Shown here in pieces: positions 50,262 through 61,412 of a stretch of DNA of 64,000 nucleotides. The DNA lies in NCBI GenBank assembly GCA_002269645.1, contig NIVC01000215.1:62001-126000 (forward strand), given 5' to 3'. The position numbers were made by a program, and so were the translations under genes. Source of the DNA: Macrostomum lignano. Taxonomy: Eukaryota. Below the pieces are notes generated by a model. That model was given only the letters and a program-made list of their open reading frames with translations, was not told the origin of the DNA and did not search any database. How positions within the stretch are numbered: the stretch's first letter is position 1; every line of letters begins with the position of its first letter.

Positions 50262-51258
50262 CTGAGTCTGCCTCTCCGCTCTGGCTGAATCTGCCTCTCC
50301 GCTCTGGCTGAATCTGCCTCTCCGCTCTCTGACTGAATCTGCCTCTCCACTCTCTAACTGAATCTGCCTCTCTGCTCTCTCTGACTGAATCTGCCTCTCC
50401 ACTCTGACTGAATCTGCCTCTCCGCTCTCTAACTGAATCTGCCTCTCCACTCTCTAACTGAATCTGCCTCTCTGCTCTCTCTGACTGAATCTGCCTCTCC
50501 ACTCTGACTGAATCTGCCTCTCCGCTCTCTAACTGAATCTGCCTCTCCACTCTCTAACTGAATCTGCCTCTCTGCTCTCTCTGACTGAATCTGCCTCTCC
50601 ACTCTGACTGAGTCTGCCTCTCCGCTCTGGCTGAATCTGCCTCTCCGCTCTGGCTGAATCTGCCTCTCCGCTCTGGCTGAATCTGCCTCTCCGCTCTGGC
50701 TGAATCTGCCTCTCCACTCTGACTGAATTTCTGCCTCTCCGCTCTGACTGAATCTGCCTCTCCGCTCTGGCTGAATCTGTCTCTCCGCTCTGACTGAATC
50801 TGCCTCTCCGCTCTGGCTGAATCTGCCTCTCCGCTCTGGCTGAATCTGCCTCTCCACTCTGACTGAATTTCTGCCTCTCCGCTCTGACTGAATCTGCCTC
50901 TCCGCTCTGGCTGAATCTGCCTCTCCGCTCTGGCTGAATCTGCCTCTCCACTCTGACTGAATTTCTGCCTCTCCGCTCTGACTGAATCTGCCTCTCCGCT
51001 CTGGCTGAATCTGCCTCTCCGCTCTGACTGAATCTGCCTCTCCGCTCTGACTGAATCTGCCTCTCCGCTCTCTCTGACTGAATCTGCCTCTCCGCTCTGA
51101 CTGAATCTGCCTCTCCGCTCTGACTGAATCTGCCTCTCCGCTCTGACTGAATCTGCCTCTCCGCTCTGACTGAATCTGCCTCTCCGCTCTGACTGAATCT
51201 GCCTCTCCACTCCGACTGAATCTGCCTCTCCACTCTCTGACTGAATCTGCCTCTCCGC
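50262..51258. repeat. 23-27-bp minisatellite (ctgaatctgcctctccgctctga)
   Basis: About 40 copies, intergenic between Grx and the LRR gene. Confidence 0.95.
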
Positions 51259-51998
51259 TTTCCCCCACTGAGTCTCCTAACCTAATTTAACTTTTAACTT
51301 TTCAAATTATATCTACCGGCACCTCAATCTGCCTTCTCCTGATCTCATACTACAAAAATTTGTAGCTCAGCTCCTATTTTGTAACTTTCTCATTGAGCTA
51401 AAGACAGATACAAAATAATCGATAGGACAGCTCAGGCCAGTGTAGCGCATTGTACAGTAGAATTTTTATTGAGCTTCAATCAGTTTGTACAATAAGCTGA
51501 AGTTGATGCAATCTTTGCAAGGCAATGCAGACATCTGTACTAAGTACAATATTCACTGCACAGAGAGTAAACCCTCATTAATCCTATGGGAGAACATGGC
51601 AGCTGGTACAATATATTGATTGACAAATAGGAAAACGCATTTAGACACTTTCAAGACAAAAAGAAACCGTGACAGGCAGACAAAACTGAAAAAAATCAAT
51701 CGGTTGGCATGTCATCCTGACTCATTCATGACACGAGTAGAACAAAACTTTCAGAGGTAGCGAGGCTATGGGGATTACAGCTTAATGTTGAACTATGTGG
51801 ATTTTTATTGCGAAATGGATCGAGGCCAACTAAACGATTGTAAGTAAAAAACAGTGACAGCTTCGCTGAGATCATACTGATAGTTGGTAATCAATTTCAA
51901 ATTGCGATGAAGCATTAAGTGATTAATTAAAACTGATAGTTGCATATGCACCAAGCATTTCTGTACAACTCTTGTTGCTTGGCGCGCCAGTTGGAAAT

Positions 51999-54407
51999 TC
52001 ACAACAGATTTCCATAGATTTTATTGCTGAACTTGGGCATCTCAGACATGCTGGATGACTGCTCAACGTTCAGCTCGAGCAGGTTCGAGTCCGGCTCCCA
52101 GATGTGTCGCTGTTGAAATTGTCTCCGCCTGAGTGCGCTCTTCCGCCTGGAGGCCACGCAGAAGCCGAGAACGATTGCGGCGGCAGCCAGGAGGAGCAGC
52201 AGCACCGGGATAGACACGTACAGCACGACGTGGCTGAGCGTCACGCCCGAGTGGGAGCCGTCATGGCCAGATTTCCCGTTGGATCTTCCGTTGCTGTTTA
52301 CATCGGAGCTGCTGCTGCCGCTGCCGGCGCAGGCGAGGTTCCTGGCGGCCTGGATTCGGCTAGCCCGAACCTCGCGACACCCGGAAACGGCCCCCGGCCT
52401 GCACGGCCCAGACCAACTGTTGCGGCTGGAGACGCCGTTCACCGTCAGGTCGAGAAGGCCGGACGGCCCGCCGCCGCCAAGGCCGGGCAGTCGAGCCGAG
52501 TTCAACCGGAAATCGACGCTCGTGCCGTTGTCGCCGCTCCGCGTAGCCACGCCGATGTGTGCGTGTCGGACAGAGTCGAAGCCGCAGAAAGTGCAATCGT
52601 CGTCCAATATCAGCCGGTTGCTGCTCAAGTCCAAGTAGACCAGACTCATCCCGGGCTTAGTGTAGCCGGTGGAGAACTCAGTCAGGCGGTTGTCGTGCAG
52701 GTCCAGCAGGTTCAGCGAGTCAGCCAGCTGGTCTAGAGCGTCCGGATCAAAGCTGGCAATTTGGTTCTTGCCAAGCAGCAGCGAGTGCAAACTGGACAAG
52801 CCGTGCAGCTCGTAAGAGCACACTGACGTCAGGAGATTGCCGCTCAGGTCGAGAAACGCCAGCTGGTCCAGTTTGCCGAATGTTAACGGATCGATAGTTC
52901 GAATTCGATTGTCGCTCAGGTCGAGCTTGCGCAATCCGGCGAGGCCTTGAAAATAGTTTTTGCGCAGGTGAGTTAGCGAGTTCTTCTCCAAGTACAAATA
53001 TTTGAGTCCAGGCAGCAGACTGAACTCGTCTCCTTGCAGCTGGTTGATGTAGTTCGAAGCTAGATTTAGCGAGAACGTATAGTTGAGGTTTTTGAACATG
53101 AGCCGGCGCACACCTGTGAGCCGGTTGGAGGCCAGAGACAGGGTGTCCAGTCGGATCAACGGACTGAACGCGCAGTCGTCGATGTGCTCCAACCGGTTGT
53201 CCGTCAGGATCAGATAGCGGAGCCGGACTAGGCCAGAAAATGTTCGATTGGTTACGCTTCGAATTTCGTTCTTCTGCAACACGAGATTAACGGTATAGCT
53301 CAGGCTGGAGAAGCTGTAGTCCTCGATGCGCTGAATGCTGTTATCGAATAGATTGACTGACTCAACTTTCCCGGCGCCTTGGAAATCTTTCCGACTAATC
53401 TGCACTATGTGATTGCGCTGCAGATGGAAGTCGGAGATCTTCGACGAGGCGCTGCGCTGGTGACTGTCGATGGTAGATAGCAGGTAATTTGGCACGTGGA
53501 CGAACTGGTTGCGGTCCAGGTACAGGCTGGTGAGGTTTTCCATCGTCTTCAAGGTGTTGTGCGGCAAGTCGGACAGCCTGTTGTCCACCAGGCTCAGGTA
53601 GCGGATCAAGCCACAGCATTCGGTGAAGGCAAGCTCGTGGATTTCGCTAATCTGGTTGTCGTAAAGTTTCAGCGTGTTCAGCGAGAGCAGGTTGAAGAAG
53701 GCTCGGTCTGGCAGCATCTTGATGATGTTCTTCTGCAGGTTGAGCTCGCGCAGGTTGGTCATGCACTCGAAGCTTTTCGGCTCGATGCGTTCAATCTGAT
53801 TATTAGCTAGATACAGGTAGACCAAAGACCTGAGATTGCACCGATGCCCAGTCGAGTGCACAGTCGTGGTGCCAAATGTCATTGGCGTGATCTCTATAAG
53901 CCGGTTGTCGTCCAAGTCCAAGTAGAACAGGCGGTGCAAGCCGTCGAATGCGTGATAATTTAATTCGCGAATCGCGTTGCGATTCAAACTCAGTCTCCGC
54001 AGATTCGGCACCGAGGCAAAGTGGGCCTGGGTGAGCAGCGACAGCCGATTTCCGGTTAGTTCAACCTGTTGAATATGCGTGGAAACTGCCAGAGTTTTCA
54101 ACAATTGGCCTTCGATAGCACCGATTCCAAAGTTCTCGGCGCGCAGTTTGTAGTCGGCGCAATAAAAATTGGCGCCTCTAAGCGGCTGCTGCTGATGCGG
54201 ATACGGCAGAGGCGAGGCGTGGCTGTTCTGGCAGAACAACTCACCGCCGACCTGCTGCTGCAGATAGTGCTGCCGCAGGCTCGACAGCGTTTGCGGCTGG
54301 CGGATAAAACAGTCGCACTCTGGCTTCGGGTAGTGCTGCTGCAGGCCTGCCACCATTGCAGACACTGTCAGCACTTGAAGCAGTAGCAGTTGTGACAAGA
54401 CGGTCAT
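51999..54407 (-). CDS. Single-pass leucine-rich-repeat membrane protein, 802 aa
   Basis: Signal peptide MTVLSQLLLLQVLTVSAMVAG, Cys N-cap, about 20 LxxLxLxxNxL repeats, TM VVLYVSIPVLLLLLAAAAIVLGFCVA, basic stop-transfer RRK, short tail without TIR; intronless ATG ORF. Confidence 0.9.
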   Translation of the reverse strand: MTVLSQLLLLQVLTVSAMVAGLQQHYPKPECDCFIRQPQTLSSLRQHYLQQQVGGELFCQNSHASPLPYPHQQQPLRGANFYCADYKLRAENFGIGAIEGQLLKTLAVSTHIQQVELTGNRLSLLTQAHFASVPNLRRLSLNRNAIRELNYHAFDGLHRLFYLDLDDNRLIEITPMTFGTTTVHSTGHRCNLRSLVYLYLANNQIERIEPKSFECMTNLRELNLQKNIIKMLPDRAFFNLLSLNTLKLYDNQISEIHELAFTECCGLIRYLSLVDNRLSDLPHNTLKTMENLTSLYLDRNQFVHVPNYLLSTIDSHQRSASSKISDFHLQRNHIVQISRKDFQGAGKVESVNLFDNSIQRIEDYSFSSLSYTVNLVLQKNEIRSVTNRTFSGLVRLRYLILTDNRLEHIDDCAFSPLIRLDTLSLASNRLTGVRRLMFKNLNYTFSLNLASNYINQLQGDEFSLLPGLKYLYLEKNSLTHLRKNYFQGLAGLRKLDLSDNRIRTIDPLTFGKLDQLAFLDLSGNLLTSVCSYELHGLSSLHSLLLGKNQIASFDPDALDQLADSLNLLDLHDNRLTEFSTGYTKPGMSLVYLDLSSNRLILDDDCTFCGFDSVRHAHIGVATRSGDNGTSVDFRLNSARLPGLGGGGPSGLLDLTVNGVSSRNSWSGPCRPGAVSGCREVRASRIQAARNLACAGSGSSSSDVNSNGRSNGKSGHDGSHSGVTLSHVVLYVSIPVLLLLLAAAAIVLGFCVASRRKSALRRRQFQQRHIWEPDSNLLELNVEQSSSMSEMPKFSNKIYGNLL

Positions 54408-55261
54408 TGATAGTTGCCAAACAATAATTGCCCTTTCTTGCAGTCTCTTTTACCAGGCCGTGCTCAATCGAGAGACGCTAGTATAATTTAAAAGGAAGAT
54501 TTTACTGTCGCTCTTTCCTGAGACCTCTTTTTCTACCCTCCAGCTAACCCCGCCTTCCTTCGTTTCTCTGTCTGAAGGGGTTGGGTTGTTTTAGGGGTTG
54601 GTTGGGGGGGGTTCACGTTGGACTGCAGTGTGTTGAAAGCTCTGCCCCCAGGGGTAGTGGGGGTGGTGGGGTGGTGGGTGGGGGGGGGGGGTTGCACGGT
54701 CGGTCCAAGGCGCGCCGCTGAGTGGCAGCAGGGGTTGGGGTGGGGTCGGTGGACCCTGGGGAGTTGGGGCTGTATGGTATGTACATTTTTTTGAAAGTGA
54801 GAGAGAGGGCAGCCTCACAAGAGGCCCAGGATTTGCATGCCCCGTTCACCGCAAGGCCGGTCCATCCTTCCTCAACTTAATCTGCTTCAAAATTTGCTTG
54901 CTAGCATTGCCTGTATCAGCCTGGTCCTGTCAGACGGATAATTCACCTCTTGATCCTATTATAGCCTGGTGGTATTGCATTTTCTACCAAAAACGTAAGC
55001 TTAAGCTTAATACTTGTAGTTTCACGATGCAAACAAACTACAAGATGAATGGCAGCGTGCCACAGCCTGCTGGGAATTATGTAGTTGCAGTTTTAGATGG
55101 CAAAAGATAGATTAAAACGTGCGTAGTCACGGCCGGGGCCGGCAGGCTTCCAAGTCTGACAGGTTCGGGTGGGCATCATTTCACATTTAGCTAATTTGAT
55201 TTTAGAAGGAAACTACAAAGAAAGAAACCGTTAGATTATTTAAACGAAATATTTCAGGGCC

Positions 55262-55447
55262 TGGGGGTTGGAAACTTTTCTTCTCGAGGGCCAGATCATA
55301 GGGGAAGGAGGAGATTTGATGAGAGATGAGAAAGAGGTAGAGACAAACATTGAGTGGGCTGGATTTGCTATTGTAAAGTTTCCAAGGTCCCAAGGGCCGG
55401 AAAGAGAGGCTTCGCTGGGGGGGGGGGCGCATGTAGCTGACCCCCCA
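55262..55447. mobile_element. Degenerate relative of the hAT MITE at 56967
   Basis: Shares gggg(g)t(t/c)gg(a/c)aaactttt..(g/a)agggccagat and aagttt(c)caaagg.tcc.agggccgga.agagaggctt blocks. Confidence 0.5.
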
Positions 55448-56479
55448 CCGACTGTTAGATGCTTTTTCTATCAAGTGTTCAAGCCCGATTTATATCTATA
55501 TAGTTGAGGTAAGGAACTGTACAATCAGCATTGCAGTGCAATTTTGACTTGGACAGCTGGTTGTGGCACCGGGGAAACACAGGAAATTATGGGGACTTGC
55601 TTCCTGACCTGCACTACTCGTAGGTATATCCGTATAGAATATATAGAATCCAAGTCCACATCCCCCCGGGGAGTTGGGGAACCATTGGGGGATTTTAGGG
55701 TATCGAGGAGGAGCGACACAAGGGGAAGGGGAGAACTGGAGCTGAAATAGAAACAGGGGAATAGAGAACGGGGTTAGAGGAGAAGAGAGAGAGAGTGAAA
55801 AATCCCTGTTTATTGATTACACAGCAGCGATTTTTACGGTTCCCCGACGGCGGCAAATGGTGCCAGTTGCAGCAGTGCCGTAACTGCTGTGCTTGCACTG
55901 CCACGCACTAATGCTATAGTATTCTGAATTGCATGCAATACTCGTATGGATTGTATAATCTGCCTACCTACAAGCGATCTGCCTCTCAGTTTCGGTGACT
56001 CAACTATCTTCATCAAGCAACTGTAGCCATAGCTATATATCATACCCAGTGTCTGACTAGGCCTATACATTTGCGTGCAGTTCAGTTTAATCTTGGTGCA
56101 TTTCCTTCTTCTTTCTTAGAGGGGAATCAGTTATGATAAACCCTTGGGTTATAGCTTAATAAAATTTAATAGCTTAAGTGCAGGTCTCCGGGGCTCCTGT
56201 GTTAAGCTGCCTGTGTCCGCATTTGGGTTCAAATCTGGAGCACCCGCGCGATCCAGGCCATGTTACACCGAGTTGTAAAAACTCGATAAGCCGTAAGCCC
56301 ATCTCGAATTACCAATTCATTGCATTCCATAGGGCGAAACTAATGACATGTGCTTTTTCTGCGAGTGATAATTCATAATCGCCCCCACATCCTGCATAGA
56401 TAAAATAGAGAAAGATTTACAACAAGCGTTCGAAGAGAGGGTGTGTAAAGTTGCCATGACCTCAGCTGACCTATATAGA

Positions 56480-56940
56480 AGGCATTATCCTGCCCATCTG
56501 CCATAATTTCACCCCGTTTCCCATGCTAGATAGGCCTGGAGAGTTACTTCATAAACACCATCGTAAGACCCACTATAAAGTATTAAGGTCAAGAAAGGCG
56601 TCAGATTAGCTGCAGTAGTTGAGGTCTTATTTCCAAATAAGGTTGCAGGAATTTCGACCTGTTACGTTGATGGCGTGTGTGGCCCACGCTTGCACAGGCT
56701 AAGGTTGAGGCTGAGCGATCTGTGCCCAATAGGTTGCGTCAAGAGGAATCGGCAGAGGTGCATCATCGCCAGCTATGGAACGATATGTGGCCGAAGGTGT
56801 TACGCCTTGATGCTCAACAGCCCCTCCAGGTGTATTATCTGTTTGTAAAAGTGAGCATTTAGCATTCAGCTACTTCTAACTTGACTTGCGATGATGAAGG
56901 CTCTTTCAAAGACGCTTTCTTCTCGATCCTTGTAGCCCTA
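56480..56940 (+). mobile_element. Degenerate non-LTR reverse-transcriptase fragment
   Basis: VLFPNK, then frameshifted LQEFRPVTLMAC (compare IPK..YRPISL), later an LDL motif; multiple stops. Confidence 0.3.
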
Positions 56941-56966
56941 ATGGTTTTGGAGACTTCCCTGTAAAC

Positions 56967-57376
56967 CAGGGGTCGGCAAACTTTTTACCTCAAGGGCCAG
57001 ATGCAGAAACTAGGGCATGACTGCGGCCCGGATGAGGGGAGAGAAGAGAGGTAATAGAGAAGAAAGAAGGAATATAGGAGAAAGGAGAGGCGAGAAAATA
57101 AAGGAGAAGAGAGGAAACGAGTGTTGAATCGGAGAGGAGAGCTAGAGGAGAGAATAGAGGAGAGGAGAGAGGAGAGAAGAGAGGAAAGAGAAGAGGTGAG
57201 GAGAGACAGAAGAGAAGAGAGGAGAGGAGAAGAGAGCAAGAGAGGAGATTAGAGAGAAGAGCACTGAGAAGAGATATAGACATTGAGCTGCCGGATCGCT
57301 GTTGTGAAGTTTCAAAGGATCCGAGGGCCGGACAGAGAGGCTTTGCGGGCCGCTAGCCGAAGTTTGTCGACCCCTG
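56967..57376. mobile_element. hAT (Charlie-like) MITE
   Basis: TIRs caggggtcggcaaact / agtttgtcgacccctg; perfect 8-bp TSD ctgtaaac (56959-56966, 57377-57384); purine-rich (GAGAG) interior. Confidence 0.85.
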
Positions 57377-59482
57377 CTGTAAACCATCATGCCTTATTTT
57401 TCCTTACGTTTGAAATTTAAATTACCAAAATATAGTGCAGAAACTATATAGACATCTCGGTAGATCTACTCAATCGACTTAATTTTACACTGGGGGCTGT
57501 TTAACGTCCGTCTGGCAATAATTGTAGACCTGAATCTGCTTTCTGAAGAATCCCGCCGTTCATATGAGTGCCTCTATGCGTGCTGCGTGTAAATTCTTCA
57601 TGTTTAAACACTCACAGAGATTGTATACCGTCCTAGCAACTTGGTGGAATTGTGAGCCTACTGCTAACACACCCCACCCCATGCAGTTCTGTCTACAACC
57701 CGCAGACTTGCCAGCTTGCAACCCTGCAACGATGACAGATTGAAAAAGTGTCTCATCATTCGCTGTATTGCCCTGCAAATCCACCACTGCACGTCTGTCT
57801 TCTGGTCCGAACTTGTCGCGACTGACTGACGCCTGACCACTTTAATCTCTATTGGCATTCAGACTTTACCTCTCTGTCTATTCAAGCATATAAACTGAAC
57901 CATATGCAGCATGGTTTGCATGCTCTGCATGGCAACACCGGCCATTTACGAGCGTACTAACCAACAAGGTCCCAAAGTTGATCTCTCGGGGAATCCTACG
58001 GAAATGAAAGACTTGCACGAGCAGGACTAAGTGTTAATTAGCTCCGTACGCTCAACAGCATGTTAAATTTTCCAGTTGTCAACAGCTTTAATTCATTAAT
58101 AAATTGTATCACCCAAGAGCTGAGACGAGAACCGCAGGAGTGGCGGGAAATGCGGCACTTGGGACTGAGATCTGGGAAAATTTGATCACATAGCTGGTTT
58201 CTGGATGTCTGAGTTAAACTTTCACAGTAGTCATTGACGCAGAATAACAAAATCAATGACAAACAAACATTTTTATTATTAATTTAGCTCCACGTGGTCA
58301 TTACTGATCACAATTCGTTAAATTGTACTGCTTATTTTCCAATGTTGGCAGTTGGCAAACTTTTATGAAAAGACCAATGCAGTCTGCTGTTATGACTCAG
58401 AGCTCAAACAAGCAGCATACTCTCTATAGCTGATATGATATACGAGCCAAGTTTGAGTCTGAGACAGCAATATTAAGCAAACCGATTGCGCAATTCATGA
58501 CAGGACTCAAACATACTGTATGGATATGCATGCTTCACTGGGGTGCTTCACCTATAGAGTCAGTTTTGAATTACACAACATGTGTCTCTTTGGAGAGGCT
58601 ACAAAAGCTGACCTCGTATTGAGAGTTCCCACAGTTTTATTTGAGTTGGAAACTTCTTTTTCCTGTAGTTATAGTTAATTCTTTCTTCGACAGTTGCTGC
58701 AGCTGATATGGATCTTTGCGTGCTTTTCAATATTGGTATAGTATCAAAATGTATTTATATATTGATACCATCGAGTCAACTATCAACTTCTAATCTTCTA
58801 ATAGCCTTTAAAAATGAGAATTTTCAAAACCAAAAAAAAAACTATTCGAATATTCAAAGCAGAAAAATCCAATTGCCTCAAGTAGGAACTTTCTGCGTTG
58901 GATGTTTAAATCTTGAAAATAACTCTATACTAGCATGCTTACATGCTAACTGAACAGCATTCCTAAATCATTCCATAGCCGAAATTAAATATTAATCAAC
59001 TCCCAGAAATCATAAACTGATCTCTTTTTGCTACTAAAAGTAACATATACACTGCAAATTCCAAGAGCAATATTTCTGTTAAAGTTTTCTTGACGCACTA
59101 ATTTTACAAATGACTTACTTGTCTATGTGCCAGATCTATCTATTTTACATATAATTATAGATAAAAACGGTTTTTCGTAATGTTTCGCGGATTGCATTCG
59201 GAGCTGAATAAACTGATTGCATTTTTTCGGTAAGTTCCTGTGAAATCTGAAATGTTAGTTTAATTCGAACTACAATGTATTTCATTTAAATACCTAATAA
59301 GCGCAGCAGGTGTAATTCTTATCTTCAGCCAAATGGTTTTATAACAATGTGTTTCTTTTTTGGCACGAATTTAAACTACTAATTTAAGCGACAAAGGAGA
59401 AAGATCTACATTTCTACAAACTGTTGTTAAGTTTCTATGAAAACCTTGTATCCCACAGTCGCTGCATTCATAACGGAGTTCC

Positions 59483-59668
59483 ATGGCATGGCACAGCAGC
59501 CCCACTGCTTTCCTACTAGCCGTGATCCTCTTCCTACTGGCAATCTGCTCCGTTGTTGCTTCCACAGTCCTGCTGCTCACGGAGAGTCCGCTGGGAGCCG
59601 GCTATCTCATTGCCTGCTGTTTGAGTGTCATTTTCACCTGTTCGTGTTTTGTGTTCTTCACGCAGTGA
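59483..59668 (+). CDS. Possible 61-aa hydrophobic small protein
   Basis: ATG ORF with two hydrophobic segments and a Cys-rich second helix; no homology recognised. Confidence 0.3.
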   Translation: MAWHSSPTAFLLAVILFLLAICSVVASTVLLLTESPLGAGYLIACCLSVIFTCSCFVFFTQ

Positions 59669-60237
59669 TCTGATATGGTTTGCCTTGCCAGCTTGACTCT
59701 CTTGACACGAAAAATCGTGTTTAAAATGCGTTGACAGCTAGGCGACATGCTGTTGAAATAAAAAACTCTACAAATTGTGCATCCGGCATTTCCGTACATT
59801 GATTGAACGGTGTATCACTCTTTTTTTGAGTTCGTGTACCAGACATTGGATAAATCGTGAAAAAGATTTTTGTCTGCAGGAAAGATATTATTTTTCCCAG
59901 ACAGTTTCCCAGAAGATACATTCAGAAGTTCGGAAGACGTTGTACCAGACCTTTTCGAATCGTCAGAAGTGTATCAGACATTCGCCTCACCGTGTATGTG
60001 CCCAAACAAAATGGGCTAGAAAAACAAAAGGAGAAAAAACAGTAAAAAAAACTAGAATTATAATCAGTCAACTCGTTGATGGTGAAAATCCACGGCCTTG
60101 CCGTGGAAGAGACTGGGCAGTGCCGGGGACCGGCCAACTAATAGGTTTTAATGAGAGACTTGCATAGAAAACCCACACTCCTCTAGACTTGCTCGTTTAT
60201 TGTTTCGCTTAAGACTGTGTTAACAGCTCGTAGAAGC

Positions 60238-60867
60238 ATGGCTTGCTATTATGCAGTCACACTTCTTTGCATTCTCTTCTATCCAATAGTGTTAGGAAAG
60301 CCAGTGCTAGTGTGCCACACTGACACAGACATCATCTGCAATGCTGGACAGTATTTAACAGAGATTGGACTCTGCCAGCCGTGCCCTGAGCAGTGCTACG
60401 ACTATCAGAAGACTGGAATCTCTGGCGGCTTCTACCGGGATTTCTGTGAACGACAGCGCCAATGCGGCTACTGCAGAGCTACGAATGTCGACCATCTCAA
60501 ACGGGGAATAACTCGAACGCCGAGCTTACCGCTTCAAAGCTATGCTCAACCGGAGACCGCTGTATCGCCGCTTCACATTGTACTGACTGTCCTAGGCTGC
60601 TCAATCGCCTTGCTTATAATAGCATGCATTGGCCTATGGCTATGGAGAAAGCGTTCGCGGAATACCGAACTACTACTTGACAGAGACAGCAGTGCTAAAG
60701 CTACAGCGCAACTAGAGTTCAGCAATGCTTTGCAGGAGAACGATGAATCGGAGCGCCATCTGGGAGAGTCGGCATCAGATTCTGAGCAAGAAGACGGTGA
60801 CAATGATCGTATCCAACATTTTTCACCGGCTTTTGTACCTCACAATGAGACCTCCGAGCGCTCGTAA
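60238..60867 (+). CDS. Type I membrane protein with a Cys-rich ectodomain, TNF-receptor-like
   Basis: ATG 60238, signal peptide, 8-Cys domain with CQPCPEQC, TM LHIVLTVLGCSIALLIIACIGLWLW, RKR, acidic tail; AATAAA at about 60914. Confidence 0.7.
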   Translation: MACYYAVTLLCILFYPIVLGKPVLVCHTDTDIICNAGQYLTEIGLCQPCPEQCYDYQKTGISGGFYRDFCERQRQCGYCRATNVDHLKRGITRTPSLPLQSYAQPETAVSPLHIVLTVLGCSIALLIIACIGLWLWRKRSRNTELLLDRDSSAKATAQLEFSNALQENDESERHLGESASDSEQEDGDNDRIQHFSPAFVPHNETSERS

Positions 60868-61412
60868 ATACTTATCATAAAAATGTATAAAATTGCATAC
60901 TTTCACCGAGAAAATAAATAAATATTCACCGAGATATTTTCACCGATTTATCAAGATTATCGAGTTCTGAAAATTAAATATTTTCATTTGAAAACTCATC
61001 GAATGAATTCTCTGCGTAATAGTTAATTTTAGCTACAGGTTTTTCCGCGGAGAATTCCATGGAAAACCGGTACTTTGTCTGTAAATTAGCGTTGCTCAGT
61101 AGGCTAATTTAAGCAACAGATGCAGACAATGGAACCCATTAGCTCTACTGCTAACAGACAGCCATTGTATAGTCAGCCGTATCCAGAAAAATAAGAGTCA
61201 AAAGTTAACGATTAGACAAATTTGTATTTACGAAAGTATACCGTTGACGCCGATTATTTAAAAAGTGTTAAAAAACCGCTCTGGCAAATTCGTACAAATA
61301 CAATAAGTGTTAAGACCGACCGTCTGTCCAGATTGTGAAATGTCATTGTAAAGAAATTATTGCAACTTATAGAAAGAAAAAACCAGCAATGAGCCAAATG
61401 CAGGGATCCCAT

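Noticed and set aside
54452-55137. Possible element bounded by ccaggccgtg / cacggccggg
   Set aside because: The inverted match is only about 10 bp and no TSD was found.
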